A stretch of DNA of 64,000 nt from Blasia pusilla (GCA_050084515.1 CM114271.1:42656001-42720000), one strand, 5' to 3'; counted from the stretch's first letter, positions 12,301 through 26,934 are shown. A program made the numbers and translations. Notes: generated from the letters alone by a model not told the origin.

Positions 12301-15300
12301 ATCATGGACAAGGCTTGTAAGGTGTGTAGTTGGTGGCATGAGACACTTCTATCAGATTCATCCACAAGAAATCATTAAAGAAAGTGAGGAGTGATCAAAG
12401 TGGTGAGCTAGCTCGTTCCATTCAAAACCCCCACCATAGAATTGACATCATCACAATAAGAGAGCCATTACCTGAAGGTCATAGAATCCAGACTTAAGGG
12501 CATCTCTGAACATCAGGGAATTGTAGTTCTTCTCAGTCAGAGAAATGGAGATATTCATCTCATTCTCAAAGACTTGATCAGCAAATGTAAACGGGCCCTT
12601 GCGCAGGGTCTGCTCTGCTGGTATTACCTCATCCTCCATCCATGTAATTTCTCTGGGGTGAGAACTTATGAATAAGTAGGGCAACATGAAAGAAGAAATC
12701 GAACGTAACTGATGTTTTTTGCAGGACAGTATTTTTCCCTCAGTTCAAAAATCAAATTAACACAGCAAACAAATATGAAAGAAACATACTTTGTCAGGCG
12801 CAGGATGGCCGAATTGGCAGTTTCAAAGACAAAGTTCGCATCATCCATCGTATCTCCAGCATCAGCCAATGCAAATCTTGTAGCATCCGCCGAGAACTCT
12901 CCTGCTCACTCAATAATCTCTTATTAGCAGTCTTTATTGACATCATGAGTTCACCCAGAACATCACATACCTGAATCAGTGGCCAAAGTAACAAAATATA
13001 ATCATGAAACAATTTCTGCCAAGGCCCCTCTTGTAGCCCTGGTCCCACCTTAGATTTAATATTAGCAAACTTACTAGCACTTCATTTCCAAACAGAAAAT
13101 CCATTCAATCCGCACATCCAGCTGAACATCGCTCACTAGTCAAGGGCGAGGTTCTGGAGTCTAAACTTACCTATTGATTCACGAACTGTCCTGAAGTTAC
13201 CAGTAGATTTAGACATCTTCTCAGAGTTGAGCATGATGTGCCCATTACATCTGAATGATAAAGGCCATTTTTCCTGCACAAATTTTCACGAGTCACTTTC
13301 TATGGCTGATATGACTAAACTGTGTTCTGGGAAGTAAAGAAGAGAGTCACCATTCCAGCCAATCTAATACCCAGAAACAATCACTATTATGCAAAACCAA
13401 ATAATTATATCAGCACACAGACAGTATGGCCTATAACACTTTGAACTAGGACAAAGAGCGAGAGCTTCGCAGCGCTCACTAAGAAATGGAGAAGCCAAAG
13501 TAGCTGCATTTCAACGTCCCTCCATCAGATTAAGGATAACATAACAGTGGATCATAAAATCCATGAATAAAAAAGGATAAGATAAAATAGGGTATGAACC
13601 TTTGGAAACATGGCAACATGATTGTAGATAGAGAAGGTCAAGTGATTCTGGATCAGATCTTTTCCAGAAACACGCAGGTCAAAGGGATACCAATACTCGA
13701 ATTCCTGCTTCATCTTCTGTATAACACGAACATATGTTACAATCGACACACAATGCTCGATTGCAACTTGAGTAAATGCAATCACATCTGTAATTTAGGT
13801 TCTCCACATAACAAGCCTATACAACAAATAATTGTGTGAGTGGGTCATCACGTCTGCAAGAAAACCAGTAAATAGCTATCGATTCTCTATGGACCATGTG
13901 CGAAAGAAAACGAAAAACTTGGCAATAGGTTGTAGGGTCATTAAAAAAAAACCTTCAATAGATCTTGTGGAATAGTTGTATCCGGTAAGTTGCCTTGCCG
14001 CAATACGTAGTCCCACACTGCAGATGTCATCTGCTCTGGCTTGATTAAAGAACTGGTTGCTCCAAACAAATCTCCACCCTAGATAATCAAAGATTTACAT
14101 CCATTGTAGGTGGATAAGAAGCCTTGCAACTGTGAAAGTGTATAATCTGGTGTGGCCACAACAAACTTTCTTCTGAAGTAGAGACGAAGGAGGACAACAG
14201 TGTGCGCACTGTAATCAAATTAACATCATGTTACAGACCCCTTTTGATTGAAACAAGCCAGTAGTCAAGAAAGAGACCTGACAGCCAGTTAGACTATCCA
14301 GTGAGAGCATTGCTATAGGGAATATGTTACATGGCCCAGGAAGTGCTGACCCTGGACTTGTTAAGGCGAAAACAACTAATCAAGTGAGCTGTTAAGAGGG
14401 GGAGGAACAAACAAACAAAAGCTCAGTGAGGGAAACTCGACCTTATTATTCACACAAATATTATCTATGAAACTCCTATATAATAATTTTAGTGTCCTCG
14501 GAGTGAACCCCTCATAGCCTTACAAGACATCAACAGAAACTCCAATGGCCTGCTCCATCCCATTAAGGATCGCACAACATATTTTGCCAAGATGCACCTG
14601 TAAGAAGTGAGCCACAGTGTAATATGCCATATAGATTGTCGAATCTGAAAGAGATTCAACAAGGAATTGTTCATCCCATGGTAGTCGAGTGCCCAGACCA
14701 AACGATCGAGAGCACGCCCACTGCAACCACATCATGTGAGACAAATCTCAGACAACAGTAGGGGCTGAAAGACTTCATACAAGCATGTAAATTTGCATGT
14801 CTATAATCAGGAGCACAATTCAACCTCAAACAACTCCCTATCTCATGAAATTACAAATCCTACATCTCATAAACTTGAAATTAAAAAATAGATTTCCAAC
14901 CCAATATACCTAATCCACCGTTTGGTTCAAGCCAAGTCTTGTGCAAATATTCGAATCAGGATTTGCTGCATTGCTTCACTACTTCACTACTTCACACCCA
15001 AAACTGCATTACTTCACTACCACTCTACTTCCACACATGATCTGCAAGACTAATTGAAGTACTAGATGAATTACAAATGACTAACACACCTGATTGAGCC
15101 AGCCTAAAGTATGCTCAAAACCATTTCGGCTTTCATCATGATAAAGCTCCATCCGCTGCAAACAATCCTCCGCTTTAGATCTCCATTCAGATTCACCATA
15201 TGTTAAATACCTGCAAAACCATGTTTTGCGTTGAGTTCTTCTGATACCTATGCTACGGCAAAGAGGTGGTGACACCAGCAATAAAGGAACATGCGCATCA

Positions 15301-18300
15301 TCCTCACTTTTTGGAGGTTGGAATTCCATAATTAAGCAGATTCTTCTTTTAAAGTCATGAAACATTTAACAAACATCAAGAAGTTTAGAGTTTTACGTCG
15401 ATAGCAGAGTTCTTGGAGACCACAACACTATACTGGTCTTCTCCTAAAACTCATGAAGATCATGGAAGGAAAATTCCATAGGAGGAGGAAAAGACCTAAA
15501 CAGAAATGGTAGAAAAAGTGCATGGAAACTGATGAAGGATCCGACAACAAAAAATCTTCATTTTCCGGACATATGATGATTTTCCTCACATGATTTCTGA
15601 AGTACTAGAATTCATTCACTCTGTATTACAGATTGAATGGAAGATTGCGGATAAAGAACACAATCAAACACAATGGGCACACAAGCCCAGAGGCAATTTT
15701 CCTCTGATTTCAAAATTGATAGGAGTCCAACTCCTTCCAGGCAAGACTAAACACAAGTCCCAACCTCTTGAGCCTAACCTGTGTGCCATTGCAGTTAATC
15801 AAAAGTCACAGCTCCTCTTAGCCTTCAATGAGACAACATATCCAGGAGACTCTAATCCTGCCCCTGATTTGATAAATGAATGATTCACACTGATGTAGTT
15901 TATAATGAACTTGTCATTCTGAGTGTCTGGTTCACACCTGGACTTCCAGTATCAAGTGCACATGACAATGATTGATTGCTCAACAATTTACTAGGACCGG
16001 AACGATGTGCATACCATTGGTCTGTGAGGGCAACCACACACTCATCTCCAGACCTGGAGATGACCTTTTTCTCAGGCTCACTATATAGCACAGCTTGCCC
16101 GGTTTCTATCATCATCTGCAGTATAACACACACCACCTGTCAGAAATATTGTCACAACACAACGCTTATTAAATACTTTGAAAGAACTGAGAAATCCACA
16201 TGTGCCCTTCTTTGAACACATCTTTGAGAAGCCAAAATCATTTTCCTGAATTTTCAAGCAGTCTCCAGGACTATGTATTCGTAAGCTGTAACCATAGCTC
16301 CATGTTAGCAAAGCAGTTCATTCCAAGACACAAGACCTGTGCATTGCATTGTGTACACAAACCTGGCAGGAACTATATGATGAATAAGCTTGGACTTTAG
16401 TTGCTCCTGCCCTGACCTAGTACAGTGTAACTGAACAAAAGGTGTAAATAGATAGTTATGACTAAAGTCTCCCCTAAATTAAGGGATAGCCGTATGAGGG
16501 GAAAAAGTTGGGCAGCCTCCTGTTCCAGAGATATCTTGGGGTTCACTTATAGTGCAGCCATCCAGCTTCACATCCTTTGGCTGCCCACTTTCCTCTCTTT
16601 CCTTTTCCTCCAAGCCTCACACTCACTATCTGAGAATGTCTACTTCCTCTCATGTGGTACCTTCTTCACTTCTTCCTCTCTCTACACCCATACCAGTCTT
16701 TAGCACCGTACAACAGCATTCAGGGTCTACGGTCGCAAGGATATGACAAGCACTGTTAGAAATATATGAGAAATGCATGACACAATGGCAATGATACGAC
16801 AGCAAAGCTGCGTATGACCTTTATGGAGAACTTAGTAGACTATGCTCATCCAAGTCCCAGACTATATACTAGTCTGGATGGTGGCTAGAGACAAGCTAGC
16901 CTACTAGTTTTACAGAACCTCTTTTAGCCAAGTGGCTAGATGGGGAACAACTAAAAGTAGGACGTGAGATGGTTCCAGATATTTAAGCCTGAAACCTCAT
17001 TTAAGAGATACAGCACTACTTAAGTCAAGTGGCCAAGTGGCTGGTTAGATGAAGGACCACTAAGAGTAGCAGCCTTAGATAGTTCCCTTAACACACATTT
17101 AGTTTAAGCCTGATTCCTTTATCCAAAATGTATTTATCTAACAGGCGCTATTTAATGAGTAAAATCTCCTCCAAGCCTCTAAGGTATATGTCCCCAGCTT
17201 GTTGCCCTGTTGAGCAAGTGTAATCTGCTCCATGGTGAAGAACACACTTCCCACCAGCATACTGCCAGAGTAAGGAACTCAATGTTCTTGAGTGTTCAAC
17301 TCATTTTCTACCTCCATCCCCTGTGTATGACCTTGACATAGCTTGTGTTGCAACTCCTTCTCGTCCCAAGATGAGCTGAAGTGCTCTTAGAACGTGTTTT
17401 CTGCTAGGAAGTTGAGAGTGTGCGGCCTAAACACGGCCTTAAGGCTCCTATTACTTGCTGTGAGTTAGCAGTGTTGAAAAACCAAGTAGGCTGAAGCTTC
17501 GTGATCTCAACATTGTCTTACTCCCTCAACTCTCCAGATTCTTATTCCTCCACAGTTCTCAGTAAACTTTTTAGAATCAGAGTTTCTCTACAACCTAGCT
17601 ATTACAAGCACACTTAGTGCAATAGCAACCACTCAGGTTAGATTGTAGAGGAAAGAGCTAGACAACCTGCATCACCAGATCACCTTGCATTCTCAAGCAC
17701 ACTTAGTGCAATAGCAACCACTCAGGTTAGCAGCAGTAGACATCTCAATAGCAACCACTCAGGTTAGTACTACTATACACCTTGTATCACAAGACTCACT
17801 GAACTCCTCAAGTCAGCAGACCTCTCAGTCTGTAAGCAGCAGCACACTCAGTGCTTAGCACACTGAACTACTAAGGTCAGAAGCACAATCCACTCAGGTA
17901 AGCAAAGCACACTCAGTGCTTCTCAATCAGCTCCTCAGCTCAGAGAGTTGTGTCCAGAAAGGTGTAAGAGAATGTAAATTCGCAGGGCACCCTCAGAGGG
18001 TTATATACAGCCAAGAGAATGAGTTTCTAAGTTTTAGGGTTTTTAGGGTTAGGGCCTGCCGCCCATAGTAATTCTCAGAATTACTGAGGTAACTCTATGG
18101 TAACAAGAAATTACTATTTACTGTGGTAAAACACTAAGTTACTATAGTAATTCTATCAGTTACTTTTCACTATAGTAAACTCCAAGTTACTATGTTTTAC
18201 AACAAAACTTATAGTCAACCAGGTGCATTTGCTTCCTTTGAAGAGGTAAGATTTCCTCTCCAACAAAAAGGAATAATTATTGTGGAGTACAAACATTTGC

Positions 18301-21300
18301 AACACACATGAAATGTCATGGTAACTGATACCTTTTTGATGATAGGCTTCACTTCCGAAACTTTTGCACCCTTGTACTCACCAATGAGCATTGTACCTTC
18401 TGTGAACCCCTGTAAACCGGACACTCATCAGGAGAGCTCCTCGTGCCAACACAACATCTTGGGAAAAGAGAGGCTTACAGCAGTGATGGTCATTAAAAGA
18501 TTCTATATTTTAGTAAGAAGCCTTGGCGCAGTGGCTATAGACTGAACTTTGCAATGAACTGAAAAACTTAACCAACTAGCTTTGCTCCTAACAGCCTCAC
18601 AACCATGAATGAAATGTACTTCACACTCACGCTCACATTTCCCAACGCACTTAAGAAAGTTTTCTTTTTTCTACCTAGATCCTTCGCACAGGGACCAATT
18701 TGCAACTGCCCAAAAAGTCCCTGGGCATGTGAGTTCTTGAACAGGCAACACAAGCCATAATAGGAATAACATTGAGAAATAGTGTAGATGCTCACCTTAA
18801 GGTACGTGCGTCTTTTGGCTTCAGCAAGCTTTTCCTTGTCATTTTGACTCTTGATTTTGAGATCAATACAGGTCTTTTCAGCAGCCTTGTCTCCAAATTC
18901 AGGAATATTAATGATAGGAATCAGCTCAAAAGGAAGCACCCATTCATCTTTCACACCATACTTTTCTCGAAGACCTGTGCCCACATTCACATCCACATGA
19001 ATTAAGGCATGGAGAACTGCCAAGCAACAATATTAAAAAAAGCCCATAGACCCACAATTTCTTTGCACGAAAAGAAAGAAGGATCACATATAATGCCTTG
19101 CATCGAAAAGCTGGACATGGTCAGTTGTTGTGACAATCTTTCCACCATCAGTAAGTGTTCCAATCTCAGCACAAGGACGATTTTAAGATTACGCCAGCTT
19201 GAGATATACCTGGCTTTGACTTTAGATCCTTCAGGGCCATGTAGTCATCAGGAGCATCACTTGGAACACTTGTGACAATACCAGTTCCTGTCAAACATAG
19301 CTTATCAGTCTTAAATAACTATCCCTGTACAGATGAGCCCAGCACCTTTCCAAAATGTGTATCCACCCTGTTTCAATTTTATTCCAAATCAATGTTCATG
19401 TCACTTCGTATATATATACTATACAGTAACACAAAGAAACTGGAAGTGAAATCCACTGTAGAAAGAGAACCTGGACATTGTGAGGTCAGGAGATATAATA
19501 AGCATACCCTTATCAGTAAGAATAGTGAGCATGGGAAGGGCATAAATCACAGGATGACTTGTAAGTGGCGAGGCCAAAGGAAGACCAATTAGATCCTGTC
19601 CTTTCAATTGCAGCAGGCACGTTGGTTTCTCTGGAACCTGTGTTTAAAACACTGACAGTACTTAGCAGATACTACTACATAAGTTTGTGCCAGTGATAAT
19701 GAAAGATCAAAACGACAGAATGACATTCTTAAGACACACTTTTCTGTGATAATGAAGAGAAAGAAAAGTAGGTGTGCAACCAGAAAAACGTCCATAGATT
19801 AATAGGATGCAGTACACAGCCCCTCCAGGTGAGTCATCAAGACCTGCCTTGGAAAGGTGTTGATAGGCAAGGTTCAAAGCAGAGCGCTCAGTCACTATAA
19901 ACACATCCGTTTCATTTATTTCATATGCTCCGTATTGCCCATCAGGGAGGACCCACGCATTTGTCTGTCCATACATTGTCTCTGGTCGCAATGTTGCAGC
20001 GGCAAGGAATACCTTTTTCCCTTCCAGAGCCATCAGCTTACCTGTCAAATTACAATTACACCAACCTAAGTGACAAAGTACTTCTACTAGCTAGTATCCA
20101 CTTAGACTCTTCCTCCTTGGTGGTAGGTGGTAGGTGGATGAACAGAAATGCTCCTCTTCTAACTGAAGACATTGTGACCTCTGAATATGAAGTGCAGATA
20201 TATTCACTGCTATGCATGTACAAAGGGTCAAACCTGGGGTCATTTGTCTTCCCTATTCAACTACACAAAACTACAATCTGAAACTGGTAAATTAGAGTGC
20301 AATCCCCTTGGGAAAAGAATATACACCACTGCTTTCAGAATATACATGCATTAACCAGAAGGTGAAAGACAGGTGTCTACTCGTCACAGAATCTAGACAC
20401 TTTTCTGACTACTTGTGTCTAGATTCAGAGAATAAGTACTTTGAAAAACTTCAGGTTCAGAGGACTAGCTCTGTTTTGTTGGTAAGTTATGATCTACCTT
20501 GGGCCCTGGTCCAACTCTGCCCTCCTGGTGTCCACATTTAAGTGCAATTCAGTTGCACTCTATTGCAAACCAAAGTCTGATCAGAGGATCTGCCCAGAGC
20601 CTAACTTTTCATTTTTGTCAACTCATTCAACACTTGTCATCGCTTACCTGTAAAAGGGGGCCTCACTTCCATTTTTATAAGTGTGTACTCCTGGGGTTGG
20701 ACTCCTTCACCAGATGCTCGATCATGATCTGCACAGGGCTGTGATTTGGCTAGAACATTATTTAGTACTGGGCTACAGCACCTCAGGTTAAACATCAACA
20801 AGAGATTCAAGTCAACTCAAACCTCGGTCAGCTAGAAACATATCCGCAAGAAAAGTCTCATGTGGTTTGTTAGAGCTTGCACCTGCCCATCAAGAGGAGA
20901 GTAGACTGCATAGCGCATGTCCTTCACTATCTGCAAACCAGTAAATGGACATGAATTTGGTGTCCAGAGAGCAGAAACACTCAACACCAGGAACTAAAAT
21001 TGCTCAAGAATCATTCCTACTTGGACCTTAAATAATACTAATAGAACATGCAAAATATTCAGAATTCCAACATACAAAGACTCACAATCAAGTGCTCCTT
21101 ACAATGGAGGTATAGAAGTTCACAGGCGATCATGAGGATCTCTATTGAGTACTACAGTCACTGAGTAGTCTAGCAATTGACTATTCAAAGAAGTAGTTTT
21201 GTTTTATAAACAACACAACAATCCAAAAAGCACTTAGATAACACGCTCCTCACCTTCCCTTGCTTTTTGAGGACTTCCAACTGCCAGCGGACAAAAGAGT

Positions 21301-24043
21301 CATAAAAGGGATTCACATCAGTTGTGATAAAAGATCGTCGCCAGTCACACCCAAGACCTAGGGCTTTGAGATCGTCCTGCTCTTCACACAATGAAAACAA
21401 GAGAAACTGGCTACTTCAGAAAGCCAGTGGCAAGATTAAAAAAACCTGTGCAAACTGTAGGAAGTCCTTGCTTCACACAATTTTCAACAATGTGATAAAA
21501 AATTTCACCCAAATGCAAAAGAACAGAACATACTGCTCTAACCACATTGAGTTTTGCATATCAATGAATCTTGCAACATGACAAAGGCTTTACCTTAGCC
21601 ACTGGTGGGAAGTAAGTCAGCCAATAGGTAGGATCTCGGAATTTGGCAATTTCATCATCACTAAATCCTAAAGATTGCATAATTTCCCACTGTACAAACA
21701 TAATAAAAACTCAAGTAAGAATATGTATGTATTGAAACCTGAACTTTGCAACAAACACTGGACTAAAGGTCAATTTTACATCACTATATTTTCAGTCCAT
21801 CAATCAGAGACCAAAAGTAGGGTCGCGCTTGATAAGGCCAGCCGGTGGCAGTCTACTCTGCCCTTGAATGTAATATGGCAGCAATGCCACTCGAATTCTA
21901 GAAGATAGGAGACCAAATCCAAACTTATCAACAATTGAAATAGAAGCAGAAGACTGAAATATGGACGGGACTACCGACAGGTAAAATGTCACACCTGAAA
22001 TCTTGCTACGCCCGCTTTTGCAGCCACTTTTGACTGATGTCATCACAAAGACAGGGAAGCATCAGCTTGAATCGAAACTGACTGGCAAACCGAGGACTTG
22101 GATAACACATCATGGACACAGTGAAATAGAAATTATTAAGTACAAACTGATCAAACACAGATGTCAACCAAAGTCTTTGGAAGAAGGTTGAACTGCACAA
22201 CCAACTAGGAAGACTCTGAAGGAAAATTTGCTCGAAAAGAGAAAACCACTGATTGGAATAGATGATCCAAGCAGATACTGACCTTTTTGCTTTTGAACTT
22301 TTCCGGTTCTGCTCTTAGAACCTCTTCACCAGACTGCAAAGGAGCTGCAAGTGGCACAACGTTATCATCCACGGACGGAAAAATTGGAGGATTACCATAT
22401 TTTTGGATCTCCCGATCTATTTTATCTGCACATGCCTGCATAAACAAACACAGGTCGAAGCAAAGGCCATTGAAGGCAAGCATGAGTCACAAGAATAATC
22501 AAAGATATCTTAAATCAGAGTGGTAAACTCATATTTCCTTCACTGAAATCGCATCGAGACTGAAGAATAAGAAATAATATATTTGGGGTCCTTTCCAGCT
22601 GGTCCCAAACACACTTCGAGGTTTCCAGGACTATACCACAATCCTTGCACGTGACAGTACATTAGAGATCATGACAACTAAGAGTACTTCAGAACCTAAG
22701 AAATTACAACTCAAATAACCTACAAACTCCCTTACAAGAATTTGTTCGAACCTGAGAAACCGTGAGTAGGACGGGTAATGAGATATCAAGTGAGACAACT
22801 TCCAGTCAACCCCACCAAGATAGCAATTGGCAGTGAGACAATCAATAAAAATATCCTATTGAAGAGATTATGTTGAATTGCAGGAGCTCTTTTCCCGAAA
22901 AGAAAATGAGACAAAATGATTGTAAGTTTTGATTGTACCTTTATAGGCATTCCAGTGCAGTGAAAACCGAAGGGGAAAAGTACTTTCTTTCCCCTAAGTC
23001 GATGATAAGCACATGCAAACTCTGCCTACACATGTCCAGATGGTTCCAGTTTCAATACCTACTTTCATGAGTGTGCAAAACATATCAAGGCATGAAATCC
23101 AAAGTGAAGAAATGTTAGCAAGGAAAGCACACATGGACACCCTTGTAATTCCCTCTGTCCATTGGATAAGCAATTAGATCCGATGTTATTGAAGTAGCAA
23201 GTCATGCGAAACAACTTGGCTTGAGCCCTCCACAAACAAACATACAGACCTACTTTCAAGTGAATCTTGATTAGATTCACCCACTGATCCAAACGATTTT
23301 GTTCAACTCGTCAGCATTTTTGGACACTCGGATTGGATTTCAAATTTTTTAGTACAATCAAAACAATTGGACTAGTCCTACTGTTGATTTATCCTGTAAC
23401 GAAGGATCCAGGTGATCAACCGATGAGTCAATGAAAATGGTCATTCCTTCCACCTACAGAGTATTCGCTTCACACAACCTTTTCACTAAGAGGTACATTT
23501 ATCAGTTCTTTGGCACTCGCTGATCAGATACACGAACGTAGTTGCTATAATTACAGGCTAAGAATCGAGTGTGGACATGACCGACATTGAATAATTCAAT
23601 GGTTGCTTAAGTACTTGATCAAAATTTCACTTCAACCCCGCTCAGCAGTGGGAATCCAATAATTATATCACAGAAGTCACGCACTTTATTCTTAAGACAA
23701 ACTTGACGACGGCTATCACTTCTTTTCAGGTGTAGTAATAATGATTACATGACTGGAAGTCCAGCACCTGCTGTACGCCATCATGACTGCTTGCTTTCAT
23801 TGAGCTCTCCGAATATTTCCCTGCATTATGGCTCACCTTACTAGCAGAAAACGCATGTCCCAGGTGTAGAAGTCCGTTCATATACGGATACGGAAAGTTT
23901 GCGAAGAACTTCTCTCCCTCCTTGGCAGTTTCAATTGGAGCATCGACCTCGAACACCTTATTCTCCTCCCAGCGCTGCTGCACCTTACTTTCTATCTCCA
24001 GCAACCGATCTCGCCGGGCATGACTCCTGACGTTCTCCTGCAT
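9356..24043 (-). CDS. LARS: Leucyl-tRNA synthetase, cytoplasmic (eukaryote/archaeal type), roughly 30 coding exons
   Basis: Exon 1 (23837-24043) has the HIGH-type motif '[14 protein letters not shown]'. Later exons give '[11 protein letters not shown]', '[10 protein letters not shown]', the editing domain '[14 protein letters not shown]' and '[15 protein letters not shown]', '[11 protein letters not shown]', '[12 protein letters not shown]', '[10 protein letters not shown]', KMSKS (~13205-13220), '[13 protein letters not shown]', '[10 protein letters not shown]' and 'PGKPVAVF' (~9570-9605). Exons are bounded by GT/AG. The stop is at 9356 if a last small exon (DFNGITSI*) is used, otherwise at 9538. 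Confidence 0.96.
17470..18203. mobile_element. Probable solo LTR inside the large LeuRS intron
   Basis: The intron 16117-18331 is much longer than its neighbours. The segment runs 'tgttgaaaaa...ttttacaaca' (TGTTG...CAACA) and contains internal direct repeats 'caagcacacttagtgcaatagcaaccactcaggttag', a TATA-like 'ttatata' and tttaggg motifs. No TSD was found and the left end is uncertain. Confidence 0.5.
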
Positions 24044-25544
24044 TGTCAAAAACAAAACCCCACGATTCACACTTCGTCGATCACTTCTACGCAAACCAAA
24101 ATCTGAAATCCTCGCATTCTCCCCTCTTAGATCCCGCCCACCGCACTGCACCACTCCAAATTCGCCCGTTCCGCTGCGCTCACTCCACATCAAACGCAGC
24201 AAGAATACTCAATCACTTCCTCCCTGCTGCACCTCCACGCCGGTTTCGACAACTCACCATAGCGATTCCAGTCCTGGCCTTTGCGAAGCTGATTGCAGTG
24301 CTGTGGATCCAACAAACAACTGTGCCTCCTCTGCACTTCAATCGCATTCCCCCACGATTCTCACACCACGCAACCTTAACATTGCGACCGACTCTGCCAT
24401 CTATCTATAAAGCCCTAAACCTTCTTCAAAGGTTTTCTCTTTTCACCACGTCTTGCACTCACGTCTCTGCTCGTGGTTCCGGACGACCTCAAATTTGACG
24501 GCACCTCTATCTTAGACGTGTCTAACTGCGGCGATCGCCTTTGAGTAAGGAAACCCGAGGGTGCTTATTAGGGCGTGTCATTCATTGGCCGGATACGTAA
24601 AGAGCATTTACATTATGCGTAGCCGCGTCTCTCCCTGGCTTACATGGCGCTTGCCCATGACCTTCGGATACTTGATTTTTTGGGTCCTTCTCTTTTTGTT
24701 TTCTTATGGGTTTTTCATCATGCTTATGAATTCAATCCTTTTCATCATGCATATTTATCGTAGGTACATCTTCCTAGGGACGGAAACTGTTGGAAATATG
24801 CGGTACAGACCGCGCATTTATTAGGATCAGATCCCATACATGCATGGGATCCGGCCCTAATGGGTCGCCCATTTTTCTAAGTTCATTACGCGGAAATGGC
24901 ATAGATTTAGTTGATAATGGAAAGGAGTTACGAAAGTTCGGTTTGCTTTGCTACATTGCTTAGTGGAAAACTAGGGTGCAGCGCTTTGAGAAGGGTGGAA
25001 GAGAAATTAATTAGTTAACACGTGTGGAGGACATGTGGATAGCCGAGATTGAGAGAAACAAAAGCGGAGAGTGTCTAAGGGGCGTAACTACTTTTGGCGT
25101 AGAAATAAGGTCGTCACTACCTTTGTGTTGTCCATGGGATCAAGCTCTAAGTGTCTCTGTTCCGGATACTTGGGCGCCTTATGTAGCAAGCAAAATTTTT
25201 GACCGTCTTTTGAGTGTCTTGACCATGAAATACTAACAACCTCCATTTAAGTCTTAGAAAATTCAATATTTTAGATTCCATACTTTCCTACGCGCATGTG
25301 AGTTGAATAAACTAATAGCGGGCTTGGATGTCCAACCATAAGACACATGTGTCCACCTCCGACCATACCTCGCACCAGCGGCCAAAATTTGACCCTATAC
25401 AAAAACTAAAGATTCGGACATCAGACCCTACAATTTTATTTTTTAGATGCCATACTTATGCAAATATATAAATGACACCAATTCTATGAATTGCATTGTA
25501 GCTACATTATTGACCTATTGAGTATTAAACCCCTCAAACGAACT

Positions 25545-26000
25545 GTCCACTTGGAACGACTTTCCCTTCCTTAGGGTTTCAATAGTTCACTTTAGAACTC
25601 TAGATTCCTTGCAAGCCCTCCTAGAGATATTGGAATGCCTTCCAAAAACTTGTGAAGTCAAGGTTGGAACTCAATAACATCACATCAACAAACATCTAAC
25701 TACTAGATGTGATATTAATAACACGCCTAGAATAACCTACTTTGGCTTCAAGGGATAAAAACACAATATCATTGAAGACTATATGAAAAAATATCCATTT
25801 AGAATATCCTTAATGACCAAGCTCTAGAGCTTCGTCATTAAGGGTTATATGGGATAAAGTTGATGAAGATACCTTCACAAACCTCGACTTCACAAGTTTT
25901 TGGAAAGCATTCCAACATCTCTAGAAGGGCTTGCACGGAATCCAAAGTTTTGAAGTAAACCATTGAAACCCTAAGGAAGTAAAATTCGTTCAAAGTGCAC
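25545..26000. repeat. Long imperfect inverted repeat (~120-bp arms, ~210-bp spacer), foldback/MITE-like
   Basis: 25565-25665 'cttccttagggtttcaatag...ccaaaaacttgtgaagtcaaggtt' is the reverse complement of 25880-25980 'aacctcgacttcacaagtttttgg...cattgaaaccctaaggaag'. Confidence 0.8.
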
Positions 26001-26934
26001 GCTTCGATAAAACTATCCTACATAATATGGGAGATAAAGTTGATGAAGGTATCTCGAATTCACAAGTTTCTAGATGACATTCCAACATCTCAAAGTTGAT
26101 GAAGGATTTTATCTCCCTTATTCTATGTAGGATAAATTTTCCAGAGCTAAAGGAGTGGGCTTCATTACTCGCCTTCACAAGTGGATAAAAATGTTATTTT
26201 GTGACTTTGCTTTTTTGAATTCAATATATCTCACGAGTTTTCTCTATGTTGCTACTTTGAATCCAAATCTCTCTTGAGTTGTGTGTGGTTTTGCTTTAAG
26301 GGAGAATCCTAATTGGAGATATTTGCATGATGGCACCAAGTGGATATGCTTGGTTTCCAACTGCATGTTCTTGCCAAAAACAAGACAAAGTGTAACCAAC
26401 ACAAAGCATCCAAACCTACAACAATACTACTTAGTTCCATTGGAGCATGCAAGTAGGCCTTCTATGGATCCTAAAAAGGGCCATAATCACTCTTTGGTGA
26501 TTCCCAAAGAGTGAAAGAGCTTTTGAGGAAAGTTGGTGATGGAACTAAGTTAAAGGAAAAAATGAGAAGGGAGAAATTATATCGATTGCGCCAATTTCAG
26601 TCATAGAGATGGTCATCAATTAAAGATTGATTTAGGATCCCTCACTTGGGAGAGAAGCCATACTTGTCTTTTTTATGGATTGTGATCTCCAATCATGTTT
26701 TGACATATATGATTGGGAAGAGCTCTTAGATAGCAAAAAGTGTTGGCATTGTCTTGTGAAAGTTCATAAGTGCCAAATAAGCAATTCCATGATAGAGATT
26801 GTTGTGTTGGGGTGCGTACCTACCATAGAGAGAGCTAGTGAGCCTAGGTCTACAAATTTGCTTCTGAGGGGCAAGCAATATTTCGTGCACCTCGACTTGA
26901 TGAAGAAACTATGGAGAGTGGTGGAGAAGAAAAG

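Noticed and set aside
24820-24862. Short hairpin 'ttaggatcagatccca...tgggatccggccctaa' upstream of LeuRS
   Set aside because: Too short to assign. Probably part of a small transposon remnant, with no evidence of an RNA gene.
26200-26934. Possible LINE-like coding remnant split by the gypsy insertion (continuing at 36635-36950)
   Set aside because: The flanks look like one decayed reading frame, but no diagnostic motif could be recognised.
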